From positions 12,836 through 76,835 of the forward strand of contig JAJZXY010000001.1 of the NCBI GenBank assembly GCA_021806165.1: DNA of 64,000 bases, in the 5' to 3' direction. Position 1 is the stretch's first letter; the number at the start of each line of letters is the position of its first letter. The notes below the pieces were generated by a model. The model had not been told where the DNA came from and ran no database searches. It saw only the letters and a program-made list of their open reading frames with translations. Below are positions 18,819 to 28,676 of the stretch, piece by piece. This DNA comes from Thermoplasmata archaeon. GTDB lineage: Archaea > Thermoplasmatota > Thermoplasmata > Sysuiplasmatales > Sysuiplasmataceae. Position numbers and translations under genes: made by a program.

Positions 18819-20075
18819 TCAGCGCAACTCCCTTCTCCACTCCCTGGGCACAACTCGCGTGTATGCCACCTCCTCCGCACCCAGAAATTCGGAAAATCGC
18901 TGTATGGTCTCCCTGAGAAGGGGTGCAGCATGCTCGTCCGCCATGCCAGGCTCCGCATGGACGGAGTTCACGTGAAGAATGCCCCCTTCGATGTCAAGCT
19001 TCGGGTCAATCCTGCCTATGACCCTGTCACCGTTGACAACAGGCAGGACAAACGCACCGAATCTCCTCTTCTCTCTGGGCAGGAACTGCTCATGCACGTA
19101 TTCAAACTGGAAGAGGCGCTTAGTCCACTCCCTTGAACATATCATATTGTCGAAAGGAGCCAGCAGCGACATCCTGGGCTTCCACGCACCTGACTCTATT
19201 ATGGCATGCAGGGGCAGGTCGTCGCAGTGAATGTAAATGTCATCCCTTCCCTTCCATCCCTCCACTTTGACTTTCCTGATTGTTCCATCCTTCAGCAGAC
19301 TCGCAAGCGCACCGCCGATGTCGTTGTATCTTCCCCTTATGAAGTAGTGGTGTATCTCACGTCTGGTGGCGGTGCCAAGCGCCTTGATTGCCCTCTCCGC
19401 TGCCATCTTCTCCATCGCAGCTTGCGGCAGCACCTTCCTTTCAGCCCAAGCGGGCAGGAAATCGCCCGTCAGCCCCCAGATGTTCTGGCCCGCTTCACGT
19501 CCCGCGACCATTACCTCTCCCGCCATGTGGAGGTGGGAAAGCATTGTCGACAGGTCGCTTCCCGGACTCCATTCATCCCCCTTCCTCCTTGTGGATGCGT
19601 AGCTGCCGAATCCTGTGAGCCTTAGCGGGCCGCTGCCAAGCTCCTTAAGCACCCTTTCCCTCAGGGCACGGTGAGATGCCAGGAATTTCCCCGCCCTCTC
19701 CCTTTGAGAGCCCCAGGAGGAAGTAAGTGAATCAGGATAACCTTTCATCAGTGTCAGGTAGAGCGGGTAGTCCTCTGTGAGGACAAGCCAGGCGGTCGGC
19801 GTCCAGTGAAGGAAAATGCTCCTGTCTTCCCAAAGCATCTTCTCCACATCAGCCGTATTGTATCTCCCCAGCCTCGCCCAGAGAGCAATAAGGTGGGATG
19901 GCGCAACAACAGCCACAGGATCCCACTGGACAAAGGCAATGTCCCGGACGGTGGAGATGATGTCATCCCTGCCCGGGCGTGCAGGAAGAGCGCCTGCCAG
20001 ATGCTGCTTGGTCAGTGCAAGGCGGCGTGCAGAGGCAGCAGTGAGCTCAGGCGTGTCTTCCTTCATGGTGCGCAC
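18819..20075 (-). CDS. winged-helix DNA glycosylase-like protein (YcaQ/AlkZ, HTH_42 family)
   Basis: It is about 418 aa. The N-terminus (LSAASARRLALTKQHLAG) and the Q-phi-D motif (AFVQWDPV) are characteristic of YcaQ-type interstrand-crosslink glycosylases. Confidence 0.5.
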   Translation of the reverse strand: MRTMKEDTPELTAASARRLALTKQHLAGALPARPGRDDIISTVRDIAFVQWDPVAVVAPSHLIALWARLGRYNTADVEKMLWEDRSIFLHWTPTAWLVLTEDYPLYLTLMKGYPDSLTSSWGSQRERAGKFLASHRALRERVLKELGSGPLRLTGFGSYASTRRKGDEWSPGSDLSTMLSHLHMAGEVMVAGREAGQNIWGLTGDFLPAWAERKVLPQAAMEKMAAERAIKALGTATRREIHHYFIRGRYNDIGGALASLLKDGTIRKVKVEGWKGRDDIYIHCDDLPLHAIIESGAWKPRMSLLAPFDNMICSREWTKRLFQFEYVHEQFLPREKRRFGAFVLPVVNGDRVIGRIDPKLDIEGGILHVNSVHAEPGMADEHAAPLLRETIQRFSEFLGAEEVAYTRVVPREWRRELR

Positions 20076-20092
20076 TCGGGCGCTGATGGATA

Positions 20093-20731
20093 TTAAGGTT
20101 GCCAGGAGGTGGCTGCAGTCTCTACTGAAGCCTCCTGGAAGTCAGACCTTCCCAGCAGGTATCCGCCGAAGGCGGTCTCCCAGAGGAAGATCGGGTAGTA
20201 GTCCATCCTTTCCACCCCTCCGGGCCCCAGCAGCGCCAGGATTCCAAGGAAGCCGGACAGGAAGGCAAAGAGAGAGACGAATGCAGCCAGGTAGGAAAGC
20301 CTCCTCATCTGGGGTCCCGCCATCCTTCCGCCCAGTATGCAGCCGCCTGCCCCAAGCAGAAGAGTCGAGACCGCCCCGATCTCATGCGCGGCAGGCAGCA
20401 CATTCCATGGGAAAAGCGCGACTGTCATCATGCCGGCGGCTGTTCCGTAGAAGAAGACCGAGTGAATGGGTTTCCTGCGGCCGAAGAGGAGTGCTATCGA
20501 ACTCCACAGCCACAGGACTCCTGCGACGAAGAGGAGTGCATTCCAGTAGTACTCTGTGGGCACCCCCGCACCTCCAAGGTAGCTTATTGCATCCGCGTGT
20601 ATGCTGAATCCGGGATAGAGTGATTCAAACGCTGTGAGGCCAAGGATGATCATTGCGCCTCCGGCAGCAAACCCCATGCCCGGATCCCTGAAGAGCCTGC
20701 CGAGACCGGATGATCTGCCTGGTGCTTCCAT
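20093..20731 (-). CDS. integral membrane protein (about 6 TM), DUF998-like
   Basis: Hydrophobic helices start at MEAPGRSSGLGRLF. The track ORF extends a further 101 aa upstream as a Pro/Ser-rich low-complexity read-through that is antisense to the aminotransferase gene and probably not coding. Confidence 0.4.
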   Translation of the reverse strand: MEAPGRSSGLGRLFRDPGMGFAAGGAMIILGLTAFESLYPGFSIHADAISYLGGAGVPTEYYWNALLFVAGVLWLWSSIALLFGRRKPIHSVFFYGTAAGMMTVALFPWNVLPAAHEIGAVSTLLLGAGGCILGGRMAGPQMRRLSYLAAFVSLFAFLSGFLGILALLGPGGVERMDYYPIFLWETAFGGYLLGRSDFQEASVETAATSWQP

Positions 20732-20850
20732 GGTCCGGCTAAGGACAGCCTGTTGTATTTTACATGTTCCACATGGATCGCACTGATGAAAGCGGCAAGG
20801 GCGCGGCAACTGGTAAAAGGCAGCAGCATCATTGCCCCAGGGGTAGGGCA

Positions 20851-21978
20851 ATGGATGATTCAGACGCACGCAGCTGCCTTCAGACAGCAGAGGGGCAGAT
20901 ATACCTGGCAGCCTGTTCGCACGCCCCGGTGACGAAGGGGCTTCGGAGGGCCATGGAGGGCTACATGTCCGATCTCCTCGAATTCGGGAATCCATGGGAT
21001 CTATGGATGGACAGGGTGGCGGAGGCCAAGTCACTTTTCGCGCGGCTCATTGGGGCAAAACAGGATTCAGTCTTCCCTTCATTTTCAGTCTCCTCTGCAC
21101 TTGCCTCGGTCCTCAGCTCACTCGACTACGGCGGGAGAAGGGGACTCGTTGTAAGCGATATGGAATATCCCACAACCAATTACCTGATGCTTGCCCAGGA
21201 GAGGTTCGGAGCCGAAGTCAGGACCATCAAGAGCAGAAACCACCTGCTGTCACCGGATGACTACTGTGCTGCAGTTGACGGAAGCACGAAGCTCACCAGT
21301 GCGGTACATGTTTCCTCGCTCACCGGCCTCCGCCAGGATATCGGCAGGATATGTTCGATCGCGCACGAGAATGGCTCGCTCTTCTACACGGATGCATACC
21401 AGTCCATGGGCACCATCCCCCTGGATGTCAGGAGCCTTGATGTCGATTTCCTCTCATCCGGAAACCTGAAATTCCTCCTGGGCCTGCCCGGCACCGCTTT
21501 CATGTATGTCCGCGACGGGCTGGTGCAGGAGCTCGAGCCTGCAAGCATAGGCTGGTTTTCACAGAGGGACCCTTTCAGGTTCGGTCCTGAGAAGCTGGAA
21601 TACTCACCGACAGCCGACAGATTCCAGTCAGGGACGCTCAGCATCCCGTCGCTCTACGCGGCTGTCGAAGGAATGAAAACAATTATAGCCGCAGGCCAGG
21701 AGGAAATCTGGCGGAGGATTTCCATGCTTACCTCCAGGGCGATGGATGTCGCCTCCGGCGTGGGGCTGCCATCCCTCACCCCGGAGAGGGCGGAGCAGAG
21801 GGGCGCGATAGTCTCATTCAGGGTGAGGAGGCCGCATGATCTGGAGAATGCGCTGAGGTCCGAAGGGATTATCACATCATCCAGGGGAGAGGGCATCAGG
21901 ATTGCCCCGCACTTCTACAACACGGTGGATGATATTGAAAGGGCGGTAACCAGGATAAGTGAACTGAGGGACGCCTGA
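20851..21978 (+). CDS. class V aminotransferase-fold PLP-dependent enzyme (cysteine desulfurase/IscS-SufS-like)
   Basis: The PLP-lysine region SSGNLKFLLGLPGTAFMYV and IYLAACSHAP are class V signatures. The start is set at MDDSDARS (ATG 20851) so the gene does not overlap the upstream membrane-protein gene. Confidence 0.7.
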   Translation: MDDSDARSCLQTAEGQIYLAACSHAPVTKGLRRAMEGYMSDLLEFGNPWDLWMDRVAEAKSLFARLIGAKQDSVFPSFSVSSALASVLSSLDYGGRRGLVVSDMEYPTTNYLMLAQERFGAEVRTIKSRNHLLSPDDYCAAVDGSTKLTSAVHVSSLTGLRQDIGRICSIAHENGSLFYTDAYQSMGTIPLDVRSLDVDFLSSGNLKFLLGLPGTAFMYVRDGLVQELEPASIGWFSQRDPFRFGPEKLEYSPTADRFQSGTLSIPSLYAAVEGMKTIIAAGQEEIWRRISMLTSRAMDVASGVGLPSLTPERAEQRGAIVSFRVRRPHDLENALRSEGIITSSRGEGIRIAPHFYNTVDDIERAVTRISELRDA

Positions 21979-22056
21979 CATAGGCGCACATCCGCTCGAG
22001 GACAGCAGCAGGATAGCCGAGGAATATTTTTATAACTTGTCCGGTGTCGCCACTGC

Positions 22057-22833
22057 ATGCTCACAGGAGGTAACGCGGCCGGCCTGGCGGCAAGGTGCGC
22101 AGCCGTACTTGCAGCGGTGATTATCGCAGCTTCGGCTGCAGGCACGGCGTCAGCCTCGAATGCCGCCGTCATTCCACTCCGGAGTGAGCTGTCTACGGGC
22201 TCTTTCGTCAACCTCACCATTTCTGCCAACACCACCGTTGTTTCAGCCTCAGGAGGCATGGTGAAGCATGATGTCTCAGGCTACAGCAACTACACGGCGA
22301 CTTCCGTCAACTCCACTTCTTATATCGCAAGGCTGACAAGCGGAGACTACAATCCACCAGAGGGCATCTACAACACAATCACGTTCAACTTCACCGGTCT
22401 TTTCAATGCAACATCCATGTCGGGCGTCCCCATACCATACCTTAACACCACGCTGATTGACAGCCTGAACACAACAAAGGCAGTGAGCTACGGTACCTTC
22501 GACTACCACAGCCGCACAGTTCCGATGGAGAAGGTCAGAGATGGAGTGTTGAAGGAGGGACACTACACTGTCACCAGCCGGGTGGTCGAGTTTGACACAT
22601 ACAGCGGAGTCGTACTGAGCTCGGTGGTGCACCTGGTTTTCAACACGACCGCAGGCGGCGGCGGAGTCCAGTATGTGAATGAAACCGGCACGCTAAACGC
22701 AACCTCATTTGCCATGGGGACGTCCCACGCTCCCGCATCGCTGCCATACCTGCCGATCCTCACAATCGTGGTGATTTCGGCCGCAGCCTCGGGGGCGGCT
22801 GCTGTGATTGTCAGGAGAAGGCGCCACCTCTGA
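22057..22833 (+). CDS. secreted, C-terminally membrane-anchored surface glycoprotein (11 N-x-S/T sequons)
   Basis: It has an Ala-rich signal peptide, 11 N-glycosylation sequons in 258 aa, a C-terminal TM segment (LPILTIVVISAAASGAAAVIV) and a basic tail (RRRRHL). Confidence 0.5.
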   Translation: MLTGGNAAGLAARCAAVLAAVIIAASAAGTASASNAAVIPLRSELSTGSFVNLTISANTTVVSASGGMVKHDVSGYSNYTATSVNSTSYIARLTSGDYNPPEGIYNTITFNFTGLFNATSMSGVPIPYLNTTLIDSLNTTKAVSYGTFDYHSRTVPMEKVRDGVLKEGHYTVTSRVVEFDTYSGVVLSSVVHLVFNTTAGGGGVQYVNETGTLNATSFAMGTSHAPASLPYLPILTIVVISAAASGAAAVIVRRRRHL

Positions 22834-22904
22834 CCCCCGGCCGGCCCGATTCAGGCGCACCGGACAACGGAAGAAAGCACTTTCTACCCCCGGTGTGATC
22901 ATGT

Positions 22905-23618
22905 ATGAGTTGCATGCCAGCAAGAAACACTAGGGCCGGGTACCAGGACGCCTTCTGGAGCAGCCAGTACAGCACCGACCCTGAATTCTTCGGCCGGGTC
23001 GAGAGCCCGTTTTCCCACTGGGCGATGCGCCTGATGAAGCGCGACGGTGTTTCCAGCGCTCTGGAGCTCGGATTCGGATACGGCAGGGATACCGGCTACC
23101 TGCTCGCTTCGGGCATAAGCGTGACGGGCGTGGAGGTTTCGTCAAGGGGGTATGAACTGGCGGCCGAGCGGTTCAGAGGCGTTCCAGGCGTGAGGCTCCA
23201 CCATTCTGATGCTCTGTCCTTCCTGCGCTCCATGGCCGGCGCCAGCATGGACGCAGTCTATTCAAACCTGTTCTTCAACATGCATTTCACCAGGGCAGAA
23301 CACAGGGCGCTTATGCTCGAGATAGAGAGGGTCCTGTCTGAAGGAGGACTCAATCTCTTCTCCGCCAGATCGACGAATGACCCATGGTACGGGAAGGGCA
23401 GGCAAGTCGGACCAGGCACGTTCGACCATTCACCGCAGGGGACGACCATGGTCTACTTCAGCGCCAGGCTTGTTAAAGGCATAACGCCCCCTGGGCTGAA
23501 GACTATCCTCCTGGAGGAGAGGACCGAAGGTGAGGGCGACTTCCCGATATCTGTCCTGTATGTCTGCCAGAAGAGGTCGGCTGTACGCGGGAATGCTGTG
23601 CCTACTCCCCTTCCCTGA
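22905..23618 (+). CDS. class I SAM-dependent methyltransferase
   Basis: Motif I is LELGFGYGRD and the Rossmann-fold spacing is conserved. Confidence 0.7.
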   Translation: MSCMPARNTRAGYQDAFWSSQYSTDPEFFGRVESPFSHWAMRLMKRDGVSSALELGFGYGRDTGYLLASGISVTGVEVSSRGYELAAERFRGVPGVRLHHSDALSFLRSMAGASMDAVYSNLFFNMHFTRAEHRALMLEIERVLSEGGLNLFSARSTNDPWYGKGRQVGPGTFDHSPQGTTMVYFSARLVKGITPPGLKTILLEERTEGEGDFPISVLYVCQKRSAVRGNAVPTPLP

Positions 23619-23649
23619 CCTCGTTTGTCCCGTCTGGAATGAGGCCGTG

Positions 23650-23790
23650 GGAGTCACTGTGCGCCTCGTTGGCGCCTCCCTGTCCTGCGCCTCTGAAAGG
23701 CAGAAGATGGCACCTTTCCTTTCATCCACCCAGTACTTGAGGAATCTGGCGCCGTGCTTGTGCTGCACCTTCAGATCCTCGGCGTGGGCG
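23650..23790 (-). pseudogene. DUF4242-like gene remnant (internal fragment only)
   Basis: The minus-strand translation AHAEDLKVQHKHGARFLKYWVDERKGAIFCLSEAQDREA matches the central block of DUF4242 proteins. It is bounded upstream by a stop and downstream runs antisense into the methyltransferase gene. Confidence 0.3.
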
Positions 23791-23973
23791 CGGCGACGTC
23801 CTCAAGGGTGGCCCTATTCAGATTCTTGTGCACATCGATGTACCTGGGCATAAGGGAGTGAATTCCCGATCGGGGTTAAGATTGTATTTCCATGGTCTCT
23901 CAGTACGGGCGGTGATTGTATCACCCTGTAGGTCGCCCAATGATTTGCACCTGCCCTGCAGGTATGAAATAGG

Positions 23974-24882
23974 ATGAACCCTGTACACGGCGATGCATCC
24001 CGGAACAGGGGAATGGTTCAGTTGAAGCTGGTAAATTACATCTCAGGCGGATCGGGGCACTGCGGACTTGTTGCACCAGAGGGAGTGAGGGAAGTGCACA
24101 TAGGTGGAAGCGATGGCCCGCTTTCTCCCTCCTCTGCGGCCATCCTGCACGGCATTGTTACAGGAAAGCGCGGTATCGGCGAAATGGAATATCCGGCAGC
24201 CCCTCCTGTGGATGAGACGTCGCTCAAGCTTCTTCCATGCATCACAAACCCGGGAAGGGTTCTCTGCGTAGGCCTGAACTACAGGCGGCATGCCGCCGAG
24301 TCAGGCATGCCTGTGCCCGAATTCCCTGTGGTGTTCGGCAAATTCTCAGACTGCGTTGCTGCAAGCGGCGACCCCGTGCCAATTCCGCCGGGTTCATCCA
24401 TGGTCGATTATGAGGCCGAGCTGGGCATCATGATCGGCAGTGACGCTTTCCGTGTGCCGGAACAGGATGCACTGGACAGTGTACTTGGCTACTTCTGTGC
24501 GAATGATGTGTCGGCAAGGGATTTTCAGCTCAGGACTAGCCAGTGGCTGCTCGGCAAGACGTGCGAGAACTTCTGCCCCGTCGGACCGTACATGGTGACG
24601 GCTGACGAAGTCCCGGACCCAGACAGCCTCCGCATAGGCGCATCTCTTAACGGACGTCCAGTCCAGGATTCCAGCACTGGTGACATGATATTCTCCTGCG
24701 CCTCCATAGTCAGCTTCATCTCCGGCCACATCAGGCTGCATCCAGGTGATATCATACTTACCGGGACACCCGAGGGTGTCATACTGGGAAAGCCTGAAGG
24801 GGAGAGGGCATGGCTCAGGCATGGCGACAGCGTATCTGTCACCATCGAGGGACTGGGCACGCTCTCCAATGAATTTGTGTGA
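23974..24882 (+). CDS. fumarylacetoacetate hydrolase (FAH) family protein (2-keto-4-pentenoate hydratase / oxaloacetate decarboxylase-like)
   Basis: VLCVGLNYRRHAAE and DYEAELGIMIG are FAH-family signatures. The start may instead be M14 (about 24013). Confidence 0.8.
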   Translation: MNPVHGDASRNRGMVQLKLVNYISGGSGHCGLVAPEGVREVHIGGSDGPLSPSSAAILHGIVTGKRGIGEMEYPAAPPVDETSLKLLPCITNPGRVLCVGLNYRRHAAESGMPVPEFPVVFGKFSDCVAASGDPVPIPPGSSMVDYEAELGIMIGSDAFRVPEQDALDSVLGYFCANDVSARDFQLRTSQWLLGKTCENFCPVGPYMVTADEVPDPDSLRIGASLNGRPVQDSSTGDMIFSCASIVSFISGHIRLHPGDIILTGTPEGVILGKPEGERAWLRHGDSVSVTIEGLGTLSNEFV

Positions 24883-24883
24883 C

Positions 24884-26776
24884 TCAGCTGCCCCTGGTAG
24901 ACAGGCGGTAATACACCAACGTCCCGTTCCTCGCAGTCAGTGAGTTGTTGACGGCAGCTTCCTTCAGGTAGTAGACTGTTGTCTCTCCTCCGGCTGTTGC
25001 AACGTCCTTCACCACCTTGGTCGTGTATGCATGGTTGTAGGAAAGGCTGCTTATCGAATTCTCGGGTGTCAGCGTCCCCACGAACAGGCCGTTGCCTTCG
25101 ACCTTTGTGTAGCTCCTGTTGTAAGAGTTCATGACTGAAGAGCCATGCTGCGTGTTCGTGTGCATCTTGACGCTCGTTGTGATGAGCCTAACCTGCGTCA
25201 CATTGAAGCCAATGACAATCTGGATAGGATTCGTCAGTATGACATCCTCAATTGCAGTGCCGTTTATCCTGTAGTAAGCATGGATCTTTGCAAGTGCGGT
25301 GGTTGTTGTTCCTTGAGACTTGAATGCACTGTAGTAGGTTGAATTGATGAACTCCCTCAGCGAGAATGTCTGTGAGTACACCAGCCCGGTCCCGTAAGGT
25401 GTGTTTGCTACTATGTTGAAACTCGGGTCATATTCGCTCGAATTGGCAAAGAACGCCACGCTCTGGGTATAGTAGGAGCTCATGCTCGTGGACCCGGCAG
25501 TCGACATTCCGAACGAATGCTGGAACTCCCTGACAGTCTGGCTGTCATTCAGGTAGGCAGCGCTGGCGGGAATGCTCTCTGTTGCCGTGTTTGTCTGAGG
25601 CGTCTGCACGTAGCTGCTGGAATAGCTGAACGTGTTGCTTTCCACCTGCCCGGCAACTGCACCGCCTGTGGTGTTGACCATGAAGTTCAGTGCCACCCTG
25701 ATCCAGAGGTTTTCATCATTGACAACCTGTATTGTGACACTCTGCTTCCCATGCAGGAGTGAGAGGTAGGGGTCGAGCGATATCCTGTGCGGAGGATAGA
25801 GCACTGCGCCAATACCCAGTACGGGCTGCCACAGGAAGAGGTCACCGCCTCCAGTCTGCACATTCGGGTAGGGCTGCACTGTTGCAACGAGCGTGCCGCC
25901 TATGAACACCCTGAACTCCCTGAAGGGGGGCTGCAGCGTATACCAGAATTCGTCATTTCCGTTCTGCTGCTCATAGAGGTTCATGTAGGCGTTCTTGACG
26001 CCGGTGGGGAACTGCACGGCTGTTGTCCGCGAGACGTTGAAGGGTATGGGCACATTGTTGGGGAAAGCATTGGAGGGGGTGGGGAAGTTTGTGGAGTTGA
26101 ACGCGGGTATTACCTGGCTGGGGAACTGTGCCGCAGGACCCTTCATTGTGAATGTGAACCATACAGAGAGGTAGGACGAGTATCCGGGGTTGAACTGGGG
26201 GCAGGTGGTGAACACGCTCTGCTGCCCTGTCAGTATGCTGGCGTACTGCGTCACGTTCTCAGTCACGCTGGTGTTCTCAAGCTCAACCGTGTTACCGGCA
26301 AGTATCTGGACATTGCTGACTGAGACAATGAAGCTTGTATCGAATGGGTTGGACACATACTGGTCAAAGAATGTGACAGTTATTGCAGAGAACCGCCCTG
26401 TGGGGAAGTCTACCTGCCTGGTTACGGATGACGTTGTGGTATGCGAGACAAAGAAGCTGTCCACTGCAACAACCACAGTCTTTCCACCGCCGCTCTGGGG
26501 TATGGGCGGCGCCATACTGCCCCTGACAGGATTGTCGCGGGCAAGGTTGCTTATCCTGCCCGCGTGAAAAGAGCTCCCCTGGGACACTGCCGCCTGAGCG
26601 GATAGGTCGGATATGCTCCCTGAGGATGCATAGGGTGTGGCCGAGGCTGCGGGCCCGGCTGCTGTCGAAACGCCTGCCGAAAGCGTTCCGGATAGCATAA
26701 GCACGGCAACTGCAACGGCAAAAGGCACAAGCAACTTACCAGTTCTGGATGGACCATTTACATCTGACAATTTCAT
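24884..26776 (-). CDS. large secreted surface glycoprotein (S-layer/cell-surface-like), very sequon-rich
   Basis: It has an N-terminal signal/TM (LLVPFAVAVAVLMLSGTLSA) and about 630 aa of Ser/Thr/Asn-rich beta-type sequence with dozens of N-x-S/T sequons. No enzymatic motifs were found. Confidence 0.5.
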   Translation of the reverse strand: MKLSDVNGPSRTGKLLVPFAVAVAVLMLSGTLSAGVSTAAGPAASATPYASSGSISDLSAQAAVSQGSSFHAGRISNLARDNPVRGSMAPPIPQSGGGKTVVVAVDSFFVSHTTTSSVTRQVDFPTGRFSAITVTFFDQYVSNPFDTSFIVSVSNVQILAGNTVELENTSVTENVTQYASILTGQQSVFTTCPQFNPGYSSYLSVWFTFTMKGPAAQFPSQVIPAFNSTNFPTPSNAFPNNVPIPFNVSRTTAVQFPTGVKNAYMNLYEQQNGNDEFWYTLQPPFREFRVFIGGTLVATVQPYPNVQTGGGDLFLWQPVLGIGAVLYPPHRISLDPYLSLLHGKQSVTIQVVNDENLWIRVALNFMVNTTGGAVAGQVESNTFSYSSSYVQTPQTNTATESIPASAAYLNDSQTVREFQHSFGMSTAGSTSMSSYYTQSVAFFANSSEYDPSFNIVANTPYGTGLVYSQTFSLREFINSTYYSAFKSQGTTTTALAKIHAYYRINGTAIEDVILTNPIQIVIGFNVTQVRLITTSVKMHTNTQHGSSVMNSYNRSYTKVEGNGLFVGTLTPENSISSLSYNHAYTTKVVKDVATAGGETTVYYLKEAAVNNSLTARNGTLVYYRLSTRGS

Positions 26777-26876
26777 ACCCCCTCTATAGTCAATGATGAC
26801 AAGTCTGCTATTCTAAACGAGTCTGCAAAGAGGTCCATGAAATAAAAAGATATCGTATTTCGGCGCACGGCCAACG

Positions 26877-27185
26877 TCATACCGCCAGCGGAGCTGTATG
26901 CCGTGCGGTGCCGGCCCTCTCTACGCGGAGGGGCCGGAGGTTCAGTTCATCCCAACCCCTCCAGGAGCCTCCCGGTCCCAGGAGGACCCACATCGGCCCT
27001 GTTGTCAGCCCGGCGACAATAAGGGAGGCGGCGGTCACTATCAGATTCTGGAAGAGGTTGAACCCGGCAGACCAGTAGAGGGCATAAAACATGATGAATA
27101 TGCACACGCCATTATGCCCAGTATCGAAACTGCCACGGTGCTGCGGGTCCTTCGTATCGCCTAAGGCTCTTCCTCCCCTTCTCAC
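26877..27185 (-). CDS. small hypothetical membrane protein (2 TM)
   Basis: An ORF in the gap between the glycoprotein and TspO has two hydrophobic helices (VCIFIMFYALYWSAGF, LIVTAASLIVAGLTTGPMWVLLG). No homology was recognised. Confidence 0.25.
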   Translation of the reverse strand: MRRGGRALGDTKDPQHRGSFDTGHNGVCIFIMFYALYWSAGFNLFQNLIVTAASLIVAGLTTGPMWVLLGPGGSWRGWDELNLRPLRVERAGTARHTAPLAV

Positions 27186-27354
27186 CCCAGAATGTTGTCG
27201 CTTCCTGCACCGGCTCCTTTGCAGCGGTGCCGCTTTCAGCTGTCATTTCTTTCGGGATTCTACTCCACCGGGAGATGAATAAGTGTTGCCTCCATAGCCG
27301 GCTTTCAACAGTTACCCGGAGGGATGCCGGGCATGTCACATCCTCCTTCACAGC

Positions 27355-27838
27355 CTAGGGGTTGAGCCGCACTATTGGAAGGTTGAGCAGCGTGGCGGCT
27401 GTAACCCATGCTATGTATGCAAGCAGCAGGTACCCCGCGCTCCTGTCTATCTCCCTGAATTCCACTATGGTTGCTGCGATGAAGAACCAGAGGAATATGA
27501 TTTCCACAAATCCGGACAGCAGCTCATGCAGGCCGAAGAATATCACTGACCAGAGAACATTCAGGAACAGCTGTATGCCGAAGAGGCCAGAGCAGTTCCG
27601 CCCCACTGGGATTTCCCCTGCCTGTCCATGCCATGTAAATGGCCGGGCCCTTGAGAAATTACAGTGATATCCACATGGGCACGAAGAGCCGGTTTGGAGG
27701 TGTAATCGGGCTCCCGACCAGACCCGCATACCATGAGCCGATCTCGCTGAAGGTGAATATCGATCCGATACCGCCTGCCCCTTCGGTGGTCGCAATGCAT
27801 GCAGCGAGCCTCCACCAGCTTATCCTTCCAATCACCAC
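27355..27838 (-). pseudogene. tspO: TspO/MBR (tryptophan-rich sensory protein) gene disrupted by an in-frame TAA and a frameshift
   Basis: The N-terminal half (GRISWWRLAACIATTEGAGGIGSIFTFSEIGSWYAGLVGSPITPPNRLFVPMWISL*FLKGPAIYMAWTGRGN) is in one frame and contains a TAA at about 27659-27661 where TspO has a conserved Tyr. The C-terminal half (LFGIQLFLNVLWSVIFFGL...LLLAYIAWVTAATLLN) is in the -1 frame after a G-run near 27597-27610. Confidence 0.55.
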
Positions 27839-28032
27839 ATCTGTCTGAAAACCAGTCTATCCCGGAGATGCGGAGTACCCTGCCCAATCAATAGATTATC
27901 CATATTACTGTAAGTATCAAGCTGTCCTCAGACCAGACCCGTGGCATGGGCTACGATGGCTGTCCAGCCGCAGGTCAACATAGTTGACAAGATTTTTATA
28001 AATTCAAGCTTATCTGTGCGTCGTGGTTCATT

Positions 28033-28503
28033 ATGGCACAAGGGAGCGCGCCCTACCAGGCGCCGATGCCTTACGGCGGCCAGTCGGGAGTCAAGTATTG
28101 CGAGAGCTGTGGAACTACAAATGACCTTCAGGCCGCCTACTGCACAAAGTGCGGCGGTGCGGTATTCAGGACCCAGCCTGCTGGAATGCCAGTTTCAAAA
28201 CCAGCTGGAGTAATCATCATCGGAATACTGGAAATCATATTCGCAGCCCTGGCGATACTCTCCGGCCTTTCATTCAGCCTCCTACTGCCTTTCGGCGCTG
28301 TTTTCAGCCTCGTCATAGCCGCCATCGGTGTCATACTCATGATTGCTGCAATTTCACTCTTCTCCGGGCACAACTGGGCGCGCATATTCAACATAGTCAT
28401 CGCCGCCATATCACTTATTGCCTTCCCGGTAGGTACGATAATCGGCGTCATTGTCCTGGTTTACCTCACCCGTCCTCATGTGGTTGCATACTTCAGGACG
28501 TGA
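28033..28503 (+). CDS. zinc-ribbon membrane protein (N-terminal CxxC...CxxC plus 4 TM)
   Basis: CESCGTT...CTKCGG forms a zinc ribbon and is followed by four hydrophobic helices. Confidence 0.5.
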   Translation: MAQGSAPYQAPMPYGGQSGVKYCESCGTTNDLQAAYCTKCGGAVFRTQPAGMPVSKPAGVIIIGILEIIFAALAILSGLSFSLLLPFGAVFSLVIAAIGVILMIAAISLFSGHNWARIFNIVIAAISLIAFPVGTIIGVIVLVYLTRPHVVAYFRT

Positions 28504-28676
28504 AACCGGCCCCGGGCAATCATCACACCAAGCCGCCCCGGCCGTGACCGAATCGTAAAGATGAAACGGCTTCTGTGTGTCATGCCTGGGTTAACTGCTC
28601 TGGCTTGACTCCCCTCTGCGACTTTTCTCGGAGCTAGCCGTAAATACCCGTTACAAAATCCCTTGAAAGGATAGCT

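Noticed and set aside
20764-20850. The N-terminal 29 residues of the track ORF for the class V aminotransferase (MFHMDRTDESGKGAATGKRQQHHCPRGRA)
   Set aside because: They overlap the 5' end of the divergent membrane-protein gene and carry no conserved features. The ATG at 20851 gives a standard-length N-terminus.
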